A DNA stretch of 64,000 bases, taken from a virus. Lineage: Duplodnaviria; Caudoviricetes. Location: IMG/VR virus record IMGVR_UViG_3300042881_004206; one strand, written 5' to 3'. Below are positions 39,962-50,761 of the stretch, in pieces; within the stretch, counting starts at the first letter, position 1; the number at the start of each line of letters is the position of its first letter. The position numbers and the translations under genes are program-made. A model generated the notes under the pieces. It saw only the letters and a program-made list of their open reading frames with translations, had not been told where the DNA came from and made no database searches.

Positions 39962-40471
39962 ATGACTGCTCTGAATAGAAATCCGCAGAACACCAATCCA
40001 TTACAACCAACAAAATTTCTTCTGACTTTCAGTAGAATATCCGATGTACAATATTTTTGTCAATCCGTAAACATACCAGGTGTTGGTCTAGGTGAAGTCG
40101 ATTATGTTACACCATTTTTGGATATATTTTTACCAGGCACCAAACTGAATTACGAACCATTGGAGATTGAATTTATAATAGATGAAGAACTGGCTTCATG
40201 GAAAAACCTATACAACTGGTTCACTTCCATTGCAGATCCAGATGGTTTCGAGAAGCGAGGTGTAAGTCAAGAGATTCAATATAGAAAACATTATTCTGAT
40301 GCAACCTTAACAGTATTGAGTGCATTAAATAATCCACTATTGCGTGTAGAATTCGCAAATATCTTTCCACTGACAATGAGTGATATCACTTTTGATACCA
40401 GATTATCTTCAGACACAATCATTACCGGAAGAGCAACATTTAGATACCAGTCATACAAATATTTGACATAA
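39962..40471 (+). CDS. gp3: Tail completion protein gp3
   Basis: 'N.LQPTKF.L', 'FCQSVNIPG', 'F.IDE.L..W' and 'FRY'; position after gp23. Confidence 0.9.
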   Translation: MTALNRNPQNTNPLQPTKFLLTFSRISDVQYFCQSVNIPGVGLGEVDYVTPFLDIFLPGTKLNYEPLEIEFIIDEELASWKNLYNWFTSIADPDGFEKRGVSQEIQYRKHYSDATLTVLSALNNPLLRVEFANIFPLTMSDITFDTRLSSDTIITGRATFRYQSYKYLT

Positions 40472-40491
40472 TTTATATTGTATGTTATAAT
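40463..40491 (+). promoter_or_regulatory. sigma70-type promoter upstream of uvsY
   Basis: TTGACA (40463-40468), 17 nt, TATAAT (40486-40491), with a TGn extended -10. Confidence 0.85.
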
Positions 40492-40515
40492 GGAATTTTA
40501 TAATTGTAATTTATT

Positions 40516-40947
40516 ATGGAACTTGAAAAAATTCTAGAAGAATGGGAAAAAGATGCTGTAATCGATCAGACTGAACCTAGCAAGGAACTGATTCGAATTC
40601 CAATCCTACACAGCAAGTATATCAATGTTTTAGTTAAACACAAGATGGCTTCTAAAAAAGCCAACTTTGATTACCTAAAAATGCGAAAAATAAAGTGGGA
40701 ATACTACACAGGAAAGCTTTCACAAGAAGAACTCGGTGAGTATGGGTGGGAACCTTTTCCTTTTACTCTCAAATCCGACATTAATACATACTTAGAGAGT
40801 GATAAAGATTTAATTCGATTGCTCGAAAAGAAAGTTTATCATGATGAATCTGTCTCAGTAATTGAAGCAATTCTAAACGAATTGAAACAAAGAACATGGC
40901 AATTACGAGACTTTATAAGTTGGGAAAAGTTTATTAATGGCCAATGA
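40516..40947 (+). CDS. uvsY: Recombination mediator UvsY
   Basis: 'W.KD..ID', 'IP.LHSKY', 'KWEYYTGK' and 'I.WEKF..G'. Confidence 0.92.
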   Translation: MELEKILEEWEKDAVIDQTEPSKELIRIPILHSKYINVLVKHKMASKKANFDYLKMRKIKWEYYTGKLSQEELGEYGWEPFPFTLKSDINTYLESDKDLIRLLEKKVYHDESVSVIEAILNELKQRTWQLRDFISWEKFINGQ

Positions 40948-42439
40948 TATTGTTATAACTAAAAAAGATGAGGTATATGCAAAGATAACCTGTGAGAAAC
41001 ATCTCGCAAAAGAGTTGTCGGAATACTTTACTTTTTTTGTACCGGGTTATCAATTTGTTCCTGCATATAAAAATAAGATTTGGGACGGAAAAATAAGATT
41101 ATTTAACTTACAATCTTATACATTGTACTTAGGATTATTACCGTATCTCAAAGAATTTTGCGAAGAAAGAGAATACACATTTGAATTTGATGAAACGAGA
41201 GCCGATTTAGAAGACGAATTCAGTTTATATCAAGCAAAAAAATTCATAGATTCTCTACAGTTACATTCAAATAATTCACCTATTGAGGTGAGAGAACACC
41301 AACTAAATGCATTCATACATGCAATGCAAAGTCGCCGAGCACTTTTGGTGTCACCCACAGCATCAGGTAAATCACTAATCATTTATCTTTTGTTCAGACA
41401 ATTTTTAGATTATCAGAACCTTAAAGGATTAATCATAGTTCCCACAACATCTTTGGTTGAACAATTATACTCCGATTTTAAAGATTATTCAAGCCACAAT
41501 GGTTTCAATGTTTCAGAAAATGTACACAGGATTTATCAGGGTAAAGAAAAAAATTCTGAAACATCGAAACTATACATATCAACTTGGCAATCACTATATA
41601 ATTTACCTAAAGAATATTTTCAACAATTCGATTACATCATTGGTGATGAAGCACATTTGTTCAAGGCACAGTCACTGACAAACATAATGACCTCTGCAAC
41701 AAAAACAAAATATCGCATAGGTTTAACTGGTACATTAGACGGAACAAAAACACACAAGTTAGTATTAGAAGGACTTTTTGGTTCAGCAGAAAAAGTTATA
41801 TCAACAAAAGAACTTATTGACAAAAAACAACTTGCAGATTTTACAATCAAGTGTCTGATATTAAAACATCCTGACGATGTATGTGAGAAATCAAGAGACT
41901 GGTCTTATCAAGAAGAAATTGAATATCTTATCACATCTGAAAACAGAAATCGTTTTATCAGAAATCTTTCGGTAAGCTTGAATAAAAACACTCTTGTTTT
42001 GTATCAAATGGTTGAAAAACATGGAAAGATATTGTATAATCTAATCAAAGAGAAAGCAACTGATAGAAAGGTATTTTTTGTACACGGTGGTGTTGAAGCT
42101 GAAGATAGAGAAATGATCCGTTCAATTATGGAGAAAGAAAATGATGCTATCATTGTCGCATCTTTTGGTACTTTCAGCACTGGCATTAATATTCGAAATC
42201 TTCATAATATTATATTTGCTAGTCCTTCCAAGTCTAGAGTAAGAAACTTACAATCAATCGGAAGAGGCCTACGACAAAATACAGGAAAAGAAGTTGCAAC
42301 TCTATATGACATTGCTGACGATTTAAGATTTAAAAAACATATGAACTTTACACTCAGACATTTTGTTGAAAGAGTCAAAATATATACAGAGGAAAAGTTT
42401 CCCTTTAAAATTTACAACATAGGGATTAAAAATGGATAA
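40937..42439 (+). CDS. uvsW: SF2 DNA helicase UvsW
   Basis: PTASGKS, DEAH, GLTGT and QSIGRGLR motifs. Confidence 0.96.
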   Translation: MANDIVITKKDEVYAKITCEKHLAKELSEYFTFFVPGYQFVPAYKNKIWDGKIRLFNLQSYTLYLGLLPYLKEFCEEREYTFEFDETRADLEDEFSLYQAKKFIDSLQLHSNNSPIEVREHQLNAFIHAMQSRRALLVSPTASGKSLIIYLLFRQFLDYQNLKGLIIVPTTSLVEQLYSDFKDYSSHNGFNVSENVHRIYQGKEKNSETSKLYISTWQSLYNLPKEYFQQFDYIIGDEAHLFKAQSLTNIMTSATKTKYRIGLTGTLDGTKTHKLVLEGLFGSAEKVISTKELIDKKQLADFTIKCLILKHPDDVCEKSRDWSYQEEIEYLITSENRNRFIRNLSVSLNKNTLVLYQMVEKHGKILYNLIKEKATDRKVFFVHGGVEAEDREMIRSIMEKENDAIIVASFGTFSTGINIRNLHNIIFASPSKSRVRNLQSIGRGLRQNTGKEVATLYDIADDLRFKKHMNFTLRHFVERVKIYTEEKFPFKIYNIGIKNG

Positions 42440-42800
42440 CAATATTAAAATTTTAAGATTTAAAGATGGACTTGATGTAATCTGTAAAGTAACAGAAGAA
42501 TCTATAATTTCACTTGATATCGAAGATCCAATGATGTTCGAAGTTAGAAATTCGAATCTATTGATTCAACAATGGCTTCCTATTGCAACCACAAAAACTA
42601 ACAAGGTAAGTATTAGACAATCCGATATACTGTTCAAGATTGAACCTAATGAAAACTTCAAAGAATATTATGAAGGATTGGTTTCTAAGATAAACGATGT
42701 GGTTGAAAGTAATGATATCAGAAATGCTTCTATGGATAAAATCAAAGCTTTAATGGAAGAAATAGAATCATCCGCTAACGGTAACCAGGTGGTCCATTAA
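42432..42800 (+). CDS. Hypothetical protein, possibly Sm-like fold
   Basis: N-terminal 'IKILRF.DG.DVI' beta pattern; occupies the slot after uvsW. Confidence 0.55.
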   Translation: MDNNIKILRFKDGLDVICKVTEESIISLDIEDPMMFEVRNSNLLIQQWLPIATTKTNKVSIRQSDILFKIEPNENFKEYYEGLVSKINDVVESNDIRNASMDKIKALMEEIESSANGNQVVH

Positions 42801-42878
42801 ATTAATTATCTCTGGGCTACACCGAGAATTTAACATTCTGTCAAGCCTTTTGTCAACAACTTTTTATGGTATATTTGA

Positions 42879-43418
42879 ATGAGTAAACAAGGTCACTACA
42901 TCAACAACGAAGACTTCTTGAGGGCATTGGTTGCCTATAAAGAGGCATGTGCAACTGCCAAAGAACAAGGGTTACCTAAACCTAAGATACCAAATTATAT
43001 TGGTGAATGTTTCATGAAGATTGCCGAAGGTCTATCACATAAGCCAAACTTCATTAATTACCCACACCGAGAAGATATGATTGGTGATGGTATTGAAAAC
43101 TGTTTGATGTATTTCGAGAACTTTGATCCAGAAAAATCAAAGAATCCATTTGCATATTTTACTCAGATCATTTACTTTGCTTTTCTTAGAAGAATCCAAA
43201 AAGAAAAGAAACAGTTGTATGTGAAGTACAAATCAACCGAAATGTTTGGTATTCTAGATGAGTTCGATACTTCAGACTCCGATGAATCAGGCGGTAAACA
43301 ATTTGAATTATACGACAACATTGCCGAGTTTATAGAAAATTATGAGATATCTAGAAAAAATAAAAAAACAGAAAAGATAGTTGTAAAAAAAGGTATAGAA
43401 AAATTTATGGAAGAATAA
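42879..43418 (+). CDS. gp55: Late-transcription sigma factor gp55
   Basis: 'HY.NN..F', 'YIG.CF.KIA..L' and 'NP.AYFTQI.Y.AF.RRI.KEKKQ'. Confidence 0.96.
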   Translation: MSKQGHYINNEDFLRALVAYKEACATAKEQGLPKPKIPNYIGECFMKIAEGLSHKPNFINYPHREDMIGDGIENCLMYFENFDPEKSKNPFAYFTQIIYFAFLRRIQKEKKQLYVKYKSTEMFGILDEFDTSDSDESGGKQFELYDNIAEFIENYEISRKNKKTEKIVVKKGIEKFMEE

Positions 43419-43422
43419 TATC

Positions 43423-43863
43423 ATGAAGATTGGTTTTAATTGCAGTACTTTTGATTTATTTCATGCAGGACATGTTGCGATGTTGAAGATAGAAAAACAA
43501 CATTGTGACCATCTAATTGTTGCACTACAATCAGATCCAACAATCGACAGGCCCGATACCAAAAATAAACCAGTGCAGTCATTGTATGAACGATTTGTTC
43601 AGGTTTCATCGTGTAAGTATGTCGATGAAGTCTTGGTGTATGAAACGGAAGAAGATTTGGAAAACATTTTCAAAACTCAAACCATACATGTTCGTTTTTT
43701 GGGAGAAGAATACCGAAACAAACCTTTTACCGGAAAACAATATTGCCTTGACAGGGGTATTGAAATCTTTTATCATAATCGGGATCACACTTATTCAAGT
43801 TCAAATCTTAGAAAAAGAGCTTATGAAGCCGAAAAACGGCGTTTGGAAAAAGATAACCAATGA
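43423..43863 (+). CDS. Cytidylyltransferase, TagD/glycerol-3-phosphate type
   Basis: 'FDLFHAGH' (HxGH) and 'R.H.YSSS' nucleotidyltransferase motifs. Confidence 0.88.
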   Translation: MKIGFNCSTFDLFHAGHVAMLKIEKQHCDHLIVALQSDPTIDRPDTKNKPVQSLYERFVQVSSCKYVDEVLVYETEEDLENIFKTQTIHVRFLGEEYRNKPFTGKQYCLDRGIEIFYHNRDHTYSSSNLRKRAYEAEKRRLEKDNQ

Positions 43864-44939
43864 AAGTAGCAATAATAACAGACCAACATTTTGGTGCAAG
43901 AAACGATTCGATACACTTTTTGGACTTTTATGAAAAGTTTTACCGAGATGTTTTCTTTCCGGCCTTAAAAAAGAACGACATTAAAACTCTTTTAATATTG
44001 GGTGATACATTCGATAGACGAAAATATGTAAACTTCTATTCTCTGAAAAGAACAAAAGAAATGTTTTTTGATGTTCTACACGAAATGAAAATCGAAGTTC
44101 ATATGTTGGCCGGTAATCATGATACTTATTTCAAAAACACGAACGATGTGAACTCAGTTGATCTTTTGTTAAGAGAATACGATAACATCAATGTAATTGA
44201 TTCTCCGCAAACTATACATCTGGAATATGGTAATACATCATCCGATGTGTGTATGATTCCCTGGATTTGTCCAGAAAATTATAATAATTGTATGTCTGAG
44301 ATCAATAATACATCAGCAACATTGTGCATGGGACATTTTGAAATTGCTGGTTTTGCAATGTATCGTGGTATGCCATCTGAAGAAGGATTGGAAAAAGGTT
44401 TGTTCCGAAAGTTTGATTGTACATTCAGTGGTCATTATCATCACAAGTCCAGTAGTGATGACATTTATTACTTAGGTAATCCCTATGAATTAACCTGGCA
44501 AGATTATAATGATCAACGAGGTTTTCATATTTTTGATCTCAACAATAGAGAATTAACCTTCATACCGAATCCATATAAAATGTTTCATAGAATCGTTTAT
44601 GATGACAAACAAGAAACAATCACCGAGATTACCAATAAAGATTTAACCGAATATGCAAACACTTATGTTAAGGTGGTAGTAATTAATAAAACCAATCCTT
44701 ATTTGTTTGACAAATTTATGAATAACTTGTATAATGTTAATCCTGTCGACATTACAGTTGCGGAAGACTTTACTGATTTGAATGAAGGTATCGATGACAA
44801 TATGGTTGATCAAGCCGAAGATACATTGACCATATTGAACAAGTACATTGATAATATCAAAGAAGATAGCATACAAAACGACAAACTAAAAACTTTGATG
44901 AAAGAACTCTACATAGAGGCATTGAATACTGAATCATGA
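43860..44939 (+). CDS. gp47: Recombination nuclease gp47 (Mre11/SbcD-like)
   Basis: DQHFG, GD.FD.RK, GNHD and GHYH phosphoesterase motifs. Confidence 0.96.
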   Translation: MKVAIITDQHFGARNDSIHFLDFYEKFYRDVFFPALKKNDIKTLLILGDTFDRRKYVNFYSLKRTKEMFFDVLHEMKIEVHMLAGNHDTYFKNTNDVNSVDLLLREYDNINVIDSPQTIHLEYGNTSSDVCMIPWICPENYNNCMSEINNTSATLCMGHFEIAGFAMYRGMPSEEGLEKGLFRKFDCTFSGHYHHKSSSDDIYYLGNPYELTWQDYNDQRGFHIFDLNNRELTFIPNPYKMFHRIVYDDKQETITEITNKDLTEYANTYVKVVVINKTNPYLFDKFMNNLYNVNPVDITVAEDFTDLNEGIDDNMVDQAEDTLTILNKYIDNIKEDSIQNDKLKTLMKELYIEALNTES

Positions 44940-46651
44940 TTTTATTTCAGAAAGTACGTTGGAGAAATTTTCTATCGACTGGTGCAAACTTCACCGAAGT
45001 TGTCTTAACAAAATCAACTAACACATTGATCATTGGTCAAAATGGTGCGGGAAAATCCACCATTCTGGATGCTCTGTGTTTTGGTTTATTTGGAAAACCT
45101 TTTCGTAAGATAAATAAGCCACAATTACTAAACTCAATCAACCAAAGAGAAGCTATTGTTGAAGTTGAGTTTACGATTGGTAAAAAGAATTACAAAGTTA
45201 TTCGTGGTATCAAACCAAATGTTTTTGAAATTTACTGTAATGATGTTTTGCTGAACCAGGATGCAGCTGCAAAAGATTACCAAGATGTACTAGAGAATTC
45301 AATTCTCAAACTAAACTTTAAATCTTTCACGCAAGTGGTCATCCTTGGTTCAGCATCCTTTACTCCTTTCATGCAACTATCTGCCTCCGACAGGCGTGCT
45401 CTGATAGAAGACCTTTTGGACATTCAAATATTTTCTTCGATGAACAACATCGTTAAAGAAAAAATGTCCGATATCAAAGACAAATCTTCAACCAACAACT
45501 ACAATATCAGCCTAACTGAAGAAAAAATTAATCTTCAGTTGCAAAATATTGAAGCAAACAAGAAGTTGAATGAAGAAGAAATCGAAAAGAAAAAGGTTGA
45601 AATCGAACAATCAAATCAGCAAATCAATAAGTTACAAGATGATATTGTATTGATACAAAAACATGTTGATGTTTTGATAAAGAAAATTTCCGATGAGAAT
45701 ACCATCTCATCTAAATTAAAAAAATTGTTCCAGTTGGAAGCAAAGATTGAAACTAATATTAAAAAGAATGAAAAAGATATTGAGTTTTATGAAAGTAATG
45801 ATAATTGTCCAACATGCAAACAACATATCAATGAACATCACAAGAATGAAGAAATAACCTCCAGAAAAAATAAAGTAGATGTGCAAAAAAATGGTCTAAA
45901 AGAAATAGAAGTTGAAGTGGAAAAATTAAATCTGAGAGTTTCGGAAATTGAAAAAATAAACAAACACATTGTCGCACACAACAATGAAATTGTTAGTCAC
46001 AATTCGACTCTATTATCTCTCAACAAATACATCACTAAATTGAATAAAGAAATTATAGAATTGTCAAACAAGAAAAATAATCTGGAAGAAGTCAATGAGA
46101 AATTGAAAGAACTGAAGATTGAAATGGACAATTATTTAAAAATTAAAGAAGAACTTATTGTTGAAAAACATTACTACGAATTTGCATCAACACTTTTAAA
46201 AGATACTGGAATCAAAACAAAAATTATTAAACAGTATTTACCTATTATGAATAAATTGATTAACAAATATTTGTCAGCAATGGACTTCTTTGTTAATTTT
46301 AATATCAATGAAAATTTTGAAGAAACGATTAAGAGTAGACACCGAGATGAATTTGGTTATGCAAATTTCTCAGAAGGAGAAAAAATGCGCATCGACCTTG
46401 CACTGTTGTTTACTTGGAGACAGGTAGCTAAGTTAAAGAATAGTACAAATACCAATTTGTTAATATTGGATGAAGTGTTTGATTCATCACTGGATACAGG
46501 CGGCACAGAAGAATTTTTAAAGTTGATTCAAGAAATGGGAACCGACACAAACATTTTTGTCATTTCACATAAGGGTGATCAATTATTTGATAAGTTCCGT
46601 AGTGTCATTCGTTTTGAGAAAAAAGGAAACTTTTCAAGGATTGCGAAATGA
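44936..46651 (+). CDS. gp46: Recombination ATPase gp46 (Rad50/SbcC-like)
   Basis: GQNGAGKST, a CPTC zinc hook, FSEGEK and LILDEVFD. Confidence 0.97.
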   Translation: MILFQKVRWRNFLSTGANFTEVVLTKSTNTLIIGQNGAGKSTILDALCFGLFGKPFRKINKPQLLNSINQREAIVEVEFTIGKKNYKVIRGIKPNVFEIYCNDVLLNQDAAAKDYQDVLENSILKLNFKSFTQVVILGSASFTPFMQLSASDRRALIEDLLDIQIFSSMNNIVKEKMSDIKDKSSTNNYNISLTEEKINLQLQNIEANKKLNEEEIEKKKVEIEQSNQQINKLQDDIVLIQKHVDVLIKKISDENTISSKLKKLFQLEAKIETNIKKNEKDIEFYESNDNCPTCKQHINEHHKNEEITSRKNKVDVQKNGLKEIEVEVEKLNLRVSEIEKINKHIVAHNNEIVSHNSTLLSLNKYITKLNKEIIELSNKKNNLEEVNEKLKELKIEMDNYLKIKEELIVEKHYYEFASTLLKDTGIKTKIIKQYLPIMNKLINKYLSAMDFFVNFNINENFEETIKSRHRDEFGYANFSEGEKMRIDLALLFTWRQVAKLKNSTNTNLLILDEVFDSSLDTGGTEEFLKLIQEMGTDTNIFVISHKGDQLFDKFRSVIRFEKKGNFSRIAK

Positions 46652-47667
46652 GAATTGAAGATGATGTTAAATTGGATTTTCAGGATGTATTAATTCGTCC
46701 CAAACGGTCAACTCTTAGTAGTCGTAAAGAAGTTAGTTTATATCGAAATTTTAAATTTAAACATAGTCAAGTGGAATGGGCCGGAATTCCTATTATGGCC
46801 TCCAATATGGACGGAGTAGGCACATTCAAAATGGCAGAGGCTTTATACAAACATGAAATGTTTACTTGTTTGGTGAAAAGTTATGATTTGGAATCATTCA
46901 TTGACAATCAAGATTCTATATTCGAAACATCTTTATCCATCAGCACAGGAACTAGTGATAGAGACTGGACTAAACTGCAACAGATTCTGAATGTTTTTCC
47001 CAATCTAAAGTTTATTTGTATTGATGTGGCGAATGGTTACAGCGAACATTTTGGTGACTTTGTTGCCAAAGTTCGCGAAAGATATCCTTCGCATACAATT
47101 ATTGCAGGTAATGTGGTTACAGCAGATATGACACAGGAGTTAATTTTACGTGGAGCAGATATTGTTAAAGTTGGTATTGGGCCCGGTTCAGTTTGTACTA
47201 CAAGGATTCAAACAGGTGTTGGATATCCTCAATTATCCGCCATTATTGAATGCGCTGATGCAGCTCACGGTCTTGGAGCGCATATTATTGCTGATGGTGG
47301 CTGTACTTGTCCTGGTGATGTTGCTAAGGCATTTGGTGCCGGTGCTGATTTTGTAATGTTGGGTGGAATGTTGGCAGGTCATGACGAAGGCGGAGGCCAA
47401 GTCGATGGAGGCAAAGTTACATTCTATGGCATGAGCAGTGATACTGCCATGAATAAACACCACGGAGGAGTTGCAGAATATCGCAGCAGCGAAGGCCGAA
47501 CAGTTGAAGTGCCATATCGTGGTGCAGTTAAAAATACTGTTCTCGATTTGTTGGGTGGTTTGCGCAGTTCTTGTACATATGTTGGTGCATCAAGTTTAAA
47601 ACAACTAAGTAAATGCACCACATTTATTCGTGTGAATAATCAATACAACAAAGTATTTTTGAAATAA
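46648..47667 (+). CDS. guaC: GMP reductase
   Basis: '[17 protein letters not shown]', '[22 protein letters not shown]' and '[14 protein letters not shown]'; no CBS domains. Confidence 0.92.
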   Translation: MRIEDDVKLDFQDVLIRPKRSTLSSRKEVSLYRNFKFKHSQVEWAGIPIMASNMDGVGTFKMAEALYKHEMFTCLVKSYDLESFIDNQDSIFETSLSISTGTSDRDWTKLQQILNVFPNLKFICIDVANGYSEHFGDFVAKVRERYPSHTIIAGNVVTADMTQELILRGADIVKVGIGPGSVCTTRIQTGVGYPQLSAIIECADAAHGLGAHIIADGGCTCPGDVAKAFGAGADFVMLGGMLAGHDEGGGQVDGGKVTFYGMSSDTAMNKHHGGVAEYRSSEGRTVEVPYRGAVKNTVLDLLGGLRSSCTYVGASSLKQLSKCTTFIRVNNQYNKVFLK

Positions 47668-47678
47668 GGATTTTAAAA

Positions 47679-48284
47679 ATGTCCACTGATAATGATTTAC
47701 TAATTTATAATACAGAAGAATCTGTTATTGCATCAAATCAGAAACCAAAAATTTTAAAATTGGTTAATGAATCAGATTCTATTTTAAAAGAAGTTATGCC
47801 TAATTTTGATTTTTCAGATAAATCATTAAATGCTGTTGAGCTGGCAAATTCTTTGGTCGAATCGTGTAAGTTATATAAAGGTTATGGATTATCAGCCAAC
47901 CAATGTGGTATTAGGGCAAGAGTTTTCGTTATGGGTGCCGAGAATGAATATGTAGCATTTTTTAATCCTAAATTACTCTCATCAAAAGGAGAAATACACC
48001 TAGAAGAAGGTTGTTTATCTTTTCCACTTCTAGGATTAAGAGTTACCAGACCTAAAGAAATTGAAGTGGAATACCAAGACTACACTGGAACGACCAAGTA
48101 TATGAGATTGGATGGCATAAGTGCTAGAGTTTTTCTGCATGAGCTTGACCACATGAACGGAATAGTGTATACTGATCGCGCTAAACCATTGGCACTTGCC
48201 TCTGGTCAGAAAAAACGTCAGAAACTATTCAAGAATATTTTAAATAATGGTAAAAAAGTTCAAGAAGCCTATACCTACAGTTGA
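47679..48284 (+). CDS. def: Peptide deformylase
   Basis: GYGLSANQ, EGCLS and HELDH motifs. Confidence 0.94.
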   Translation: MSTDNDLLIYNTEESVIASNQKPKILKLVNESDSILKEVMPNFDFSDKSLNAVELANSLVESCKLYKGYGLSANQCGIRARVFVMGAENEYVAFFNPKLLSSKGEIHLEEGCLSFPLLGLRVTRPKEIEVEYQDYTGTTKYMRLDGISARVFLHELDHMNGIVYTDRAKPLALASGQKKRQKLFKNILNNGKKVQEAYTYS

Positions 48285-49524
48285 AGAACAATGGGATCAA
48301 TGGAAAACAATAAATGATCCCGTTCGTTTTACACACATTGGAACAGATACACTAAAAGAAGTCTTGGTAAAAGACTTGACTTATGCCTCACAAATGGATG
48401 TGAGAGAATACACTTTGTATCAAAAGTGGTGTGAAGTACATGAAAAGTATCCTACTGAAGTAAGAAACACCTTTGAAGGTGAACAGCTTGTGTTGCTTGA
48501 CCATAAACAAATGCGCACAGTCAATGAAGTCAAAGGTAAATTTTGGATGCCCAAAGAACCTGATGATTATCAGAATCTAAAGCCTAAATTGGTTCTTTCC
48601 AACGAAAAAGAAACCGATACTTGGAATACTATACGTACATTTTCTTCAACAATGAAGAATAACTCCAATATCGGCCGTAACTTATACTATACAGTAGTTG
48701 ATGATGTTACTGGAAACTATCTTGGTGTTATTTGTATATCATCCGATTTCTTGGATTTGACTCCGAGAGATAATGCAATTGGTTGGTCTAGAGATGTTAA
48801 GACCAAACAAAACATGATTAACCACACAGCAATAGGTTCGACCATTGTTCCTTTACAACCACTAGGTTACAATTACATGGGTGGAAAATTACTCGCTTTG
48901 TTATGCCTGGCTGATACTGTACAGAGTGATTGGAAACAAAAATATGGTGATGTTCTGGTTGGTGTCACAACAACATCACTTTATGGAAATACTAAATCAA
49001 ATGGACTTTCACAGTATGACGGTTTAGAACATTGGAATAAGATGGGTTTCTCCAGTGGTTCAGTTGCATTCGAACCCACAAGAAAAACCATGAATATGGT
49101 CTTCGACTGGATTAAAGAGAACCATACACGTAAGTATTTCGAATGGTGGGAAGCAAAAAATCCTCAAGGATTACCACTGAAACGAGATCACAAAAACCGT
49201 TCTCTAAATTTTGCTTATTCAAAATTACAGATACCTAAGAACTTAATTCGTACCGAACATCAGAGAGGCATCTATTTTTCTCCTCTCTATGATAACACCA
49301 ATGAATTTTTGCGGAAAGAAATTGGTGAAGATAAACTGGTAAAATCATTTGATACCAGTGAAGAAACTTTGGCTAATATTTGGAAAACAAAATATGCCAA
49401 AGGTAGAATTTCAATGTTGAAAAAGAAGAACACGGTTTCCTATGAAAACCTATTCTATGATGACTTGATTTTCCTCTCTTGGGAAGAAACCAAAGAGAAA
49501 TATCTGCCACAAGTTGGCAGATAA
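48247..49524 (+). CDS. DUF4338/DruA-like protein (425 aa)
   Basis: 'LG.I...SD...L..RD..IGW', 'P.QP.G.N..GGKLLAL' and 'TTSLYG...SQY' resemble the DUF4338 family (from memory). Confidence 0.6.
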   Translation: MVKKFKKPIPTVEEQWDQWKTINDPVRFTHIGTDTLKEVLVKDLTYASQMDVREYTLYQKWCEVHEKYPTEVRNTFEGEQLVLLDHKQMRTVNEVKGKFWMPKEPDDYQNLKPKLVLSNEKETDTWNTIRTFSSTMKNNSNIGRNLYYTVVDDVTGNYLGVICISSDFLDLTPRDNAIGWSRDVKTKQNMINHTAIGSTIVPLQPLGYNYMGGKLLALLCLADTVQSDWKQKYGDVLVGVTTTSLYGNTKSNGLSQYDGLEHWNKMGFSSGSVAFEPTRKTMNMVFDWIKENHTRKYFEWWEAKNPQGLPLKRDHKNRSLNFAYSKLQIPKNLIRTEHQRGIYFSPLYDNTNEFLRKEIGEDKLVKSFDTSEETLANIWKTKYAKGRISMLKKKNTVSYENLFYDDLIFLSWEETKEKYLPQVGR

Positions 49525-49546
49525 AAAAAGTATACCGCAAAAAAGG

Positions 49547-49575
49547 TTGACAAGTTCACTATATAATAGTATGAT
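49547..49575 (+). promoter_or_regulatory. sigma70-type promoter for HTH gene
   Basis: TTGACA, 17 nt, TATGAT. Confidence 0.75.
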
Positions 49576-49630
49576 GTGAATTCTTGTTACAAACAAGGTT
49601 TTTTAATTTTATCATTTAGGAGTGATTATT

Positions 49631-49900
49631 ATGGCTAAACTTTCTGCTAAGCAAAAGATTCTGAACTTCCTCAGCAAGCGTGAGGGTTACAATACACTGA
49701 GCGTTGCACAAGCTCGTGCTCGTTTCGGCATTCAGAATGTTGCTGCTCGCATTGAAGAACTTCGTCAAGAAGGCAATGTTATCTACACCAACACACGCAC
49801 TCGCGGTGATGGTACTAAGGTTTCCGTTTATCGTATTGGCACACCAACCAAGTCTATGGTTCGTGCTGCTCTGCGTTCCGGTTATTCTTTTGCTGCCTAA
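49631..49900 (+). CDS. Small basic winged helix-turn-helix DNA-binding protein
   Basis: 'LS.AQA..RFGI.N..ARI.ELR..G..I' wHTH pattern. The ATG at 49631 follows an AGGAG SD. Confidence 0.75.
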   Translation: MAKLSAKQKILNFLSKREGYNTLSVAQARARFGIQNVAARIEELRQEGNVIYTNTRTRGDGTKVSVYRIGTPTKSMVRAALRSGYSFAA

Positions 49901-49914
49901 ACAGCATTAAGAAA

Positions 49915-49948
49915 GGGGAAAGCCATTCGTGGCTTTCCCCATTTTTTT
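49915..49948 (+). terminator. Rho-independent terminator
   Basis: GGGGAAAGCCA-TTCG-TGGCTTTCCCC followed by a T-run. Confidence 0.92.
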
Positions 49949-49963
49949 ATTTTTGGAGAACAC

Positions 49964-50761
49964 ATGGAAATTTCTATTAAAAAAGAAGACCTACAAAAGA
50001 AAAGCATCTTTGTTGCAACTCCGATGTATGGTGGTATGAATCATGGCCTTTATGCTAAAGCTTGTCTCGACTTACAAGCTATCTGTGTTCAGTATGGCGT
50101 TACTGTAAAGTTCTCTTTTCTTTTCAATGAATCATTGATTACAAGAGCACGAAATTATCTTGTAGATGAATTTCTAAATCGTTCGGAATGCACACATCTT
50201 TTGTTTCTTGATTCCGACATTCACTTTGATCCTAGAGATGTTATTGCGATGTTGGCTCTAGATAAAGAAGTTATTGGTGGACCTTATCCCAAGAAAGCTA
50301 TTAAGTGGCGTTCTGTAAAGAAAGCTATCGAAAAGAATCCTGATATCGATCCACAACTATTGGAAAAAGTTACTGGTGACTATGTTTTTAATCCTGTTCG
50401 TGGTACTGCACAATTTTCTGTAACTGAACCACTAGAAGTTCTGGAAATTGGAACAGGTTTTATGATGGTTCAACGAGAAGTATTTCCAAAGTTTGCAGAA
50501 GCTTATCCACAATTAAAGTATAAACCTGATCATGTTGGTCAAGCACACTTTGATGGAAGTCGGTATATTCATGCATATTTTGACACAGTAATTGATAAAG
50601 AATCTGAAAGATATTTGTCAGAAGATTATATGTTCTGTCAGTGGTGGAGAAACATTGGTGGAAAAATTTACCTCTGCCCTTGGATGAGAACTGACCACAT
50701 CGGCACATATCACTTCAAGGGAGACATGCCTGCTGTTGCTAACTATGTAGGAGAAATGTAA
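49964..50761 (+). CDS. Glycosyltransferase-like protein (GT-A fold)
   Basis: 'IFVATPMYGG', 'ESLITRARN', a DSD (DxD) motif and 'YLSEDY.FC'. Confidence 0.7.
   Translation: MEISIKKEDLQKKSIFVATPMYGGMNHGLYAKACLDLQAICVQYGVTVKFSFLFNESLITRARNYLVDEFLNRSECTHLLFLDSDIHFDPRDVIAMLALDKEVIGGPYPKKAIKWRSVKKAIEKNPDIDPQLLEKVTGDYVFNPVRGTAQFSVTEPLEVLEIGTGFMMVQREVFPKFAEAYPQLKYKPDHVGQAHFDGSRYIHAYFDTVIDKESERYLSEDYMFCQWWRNIGGKIYLCPWMRTDHIGTYHFKGDMPAVANYVGEM

Noticed and set aside
29957-46651. Introns or inteins in gp17, gp20, gp23, uvsW or gp46
   Set aside because: All are continuous ORFs of normal length with no Hint or endonuclease motifs.
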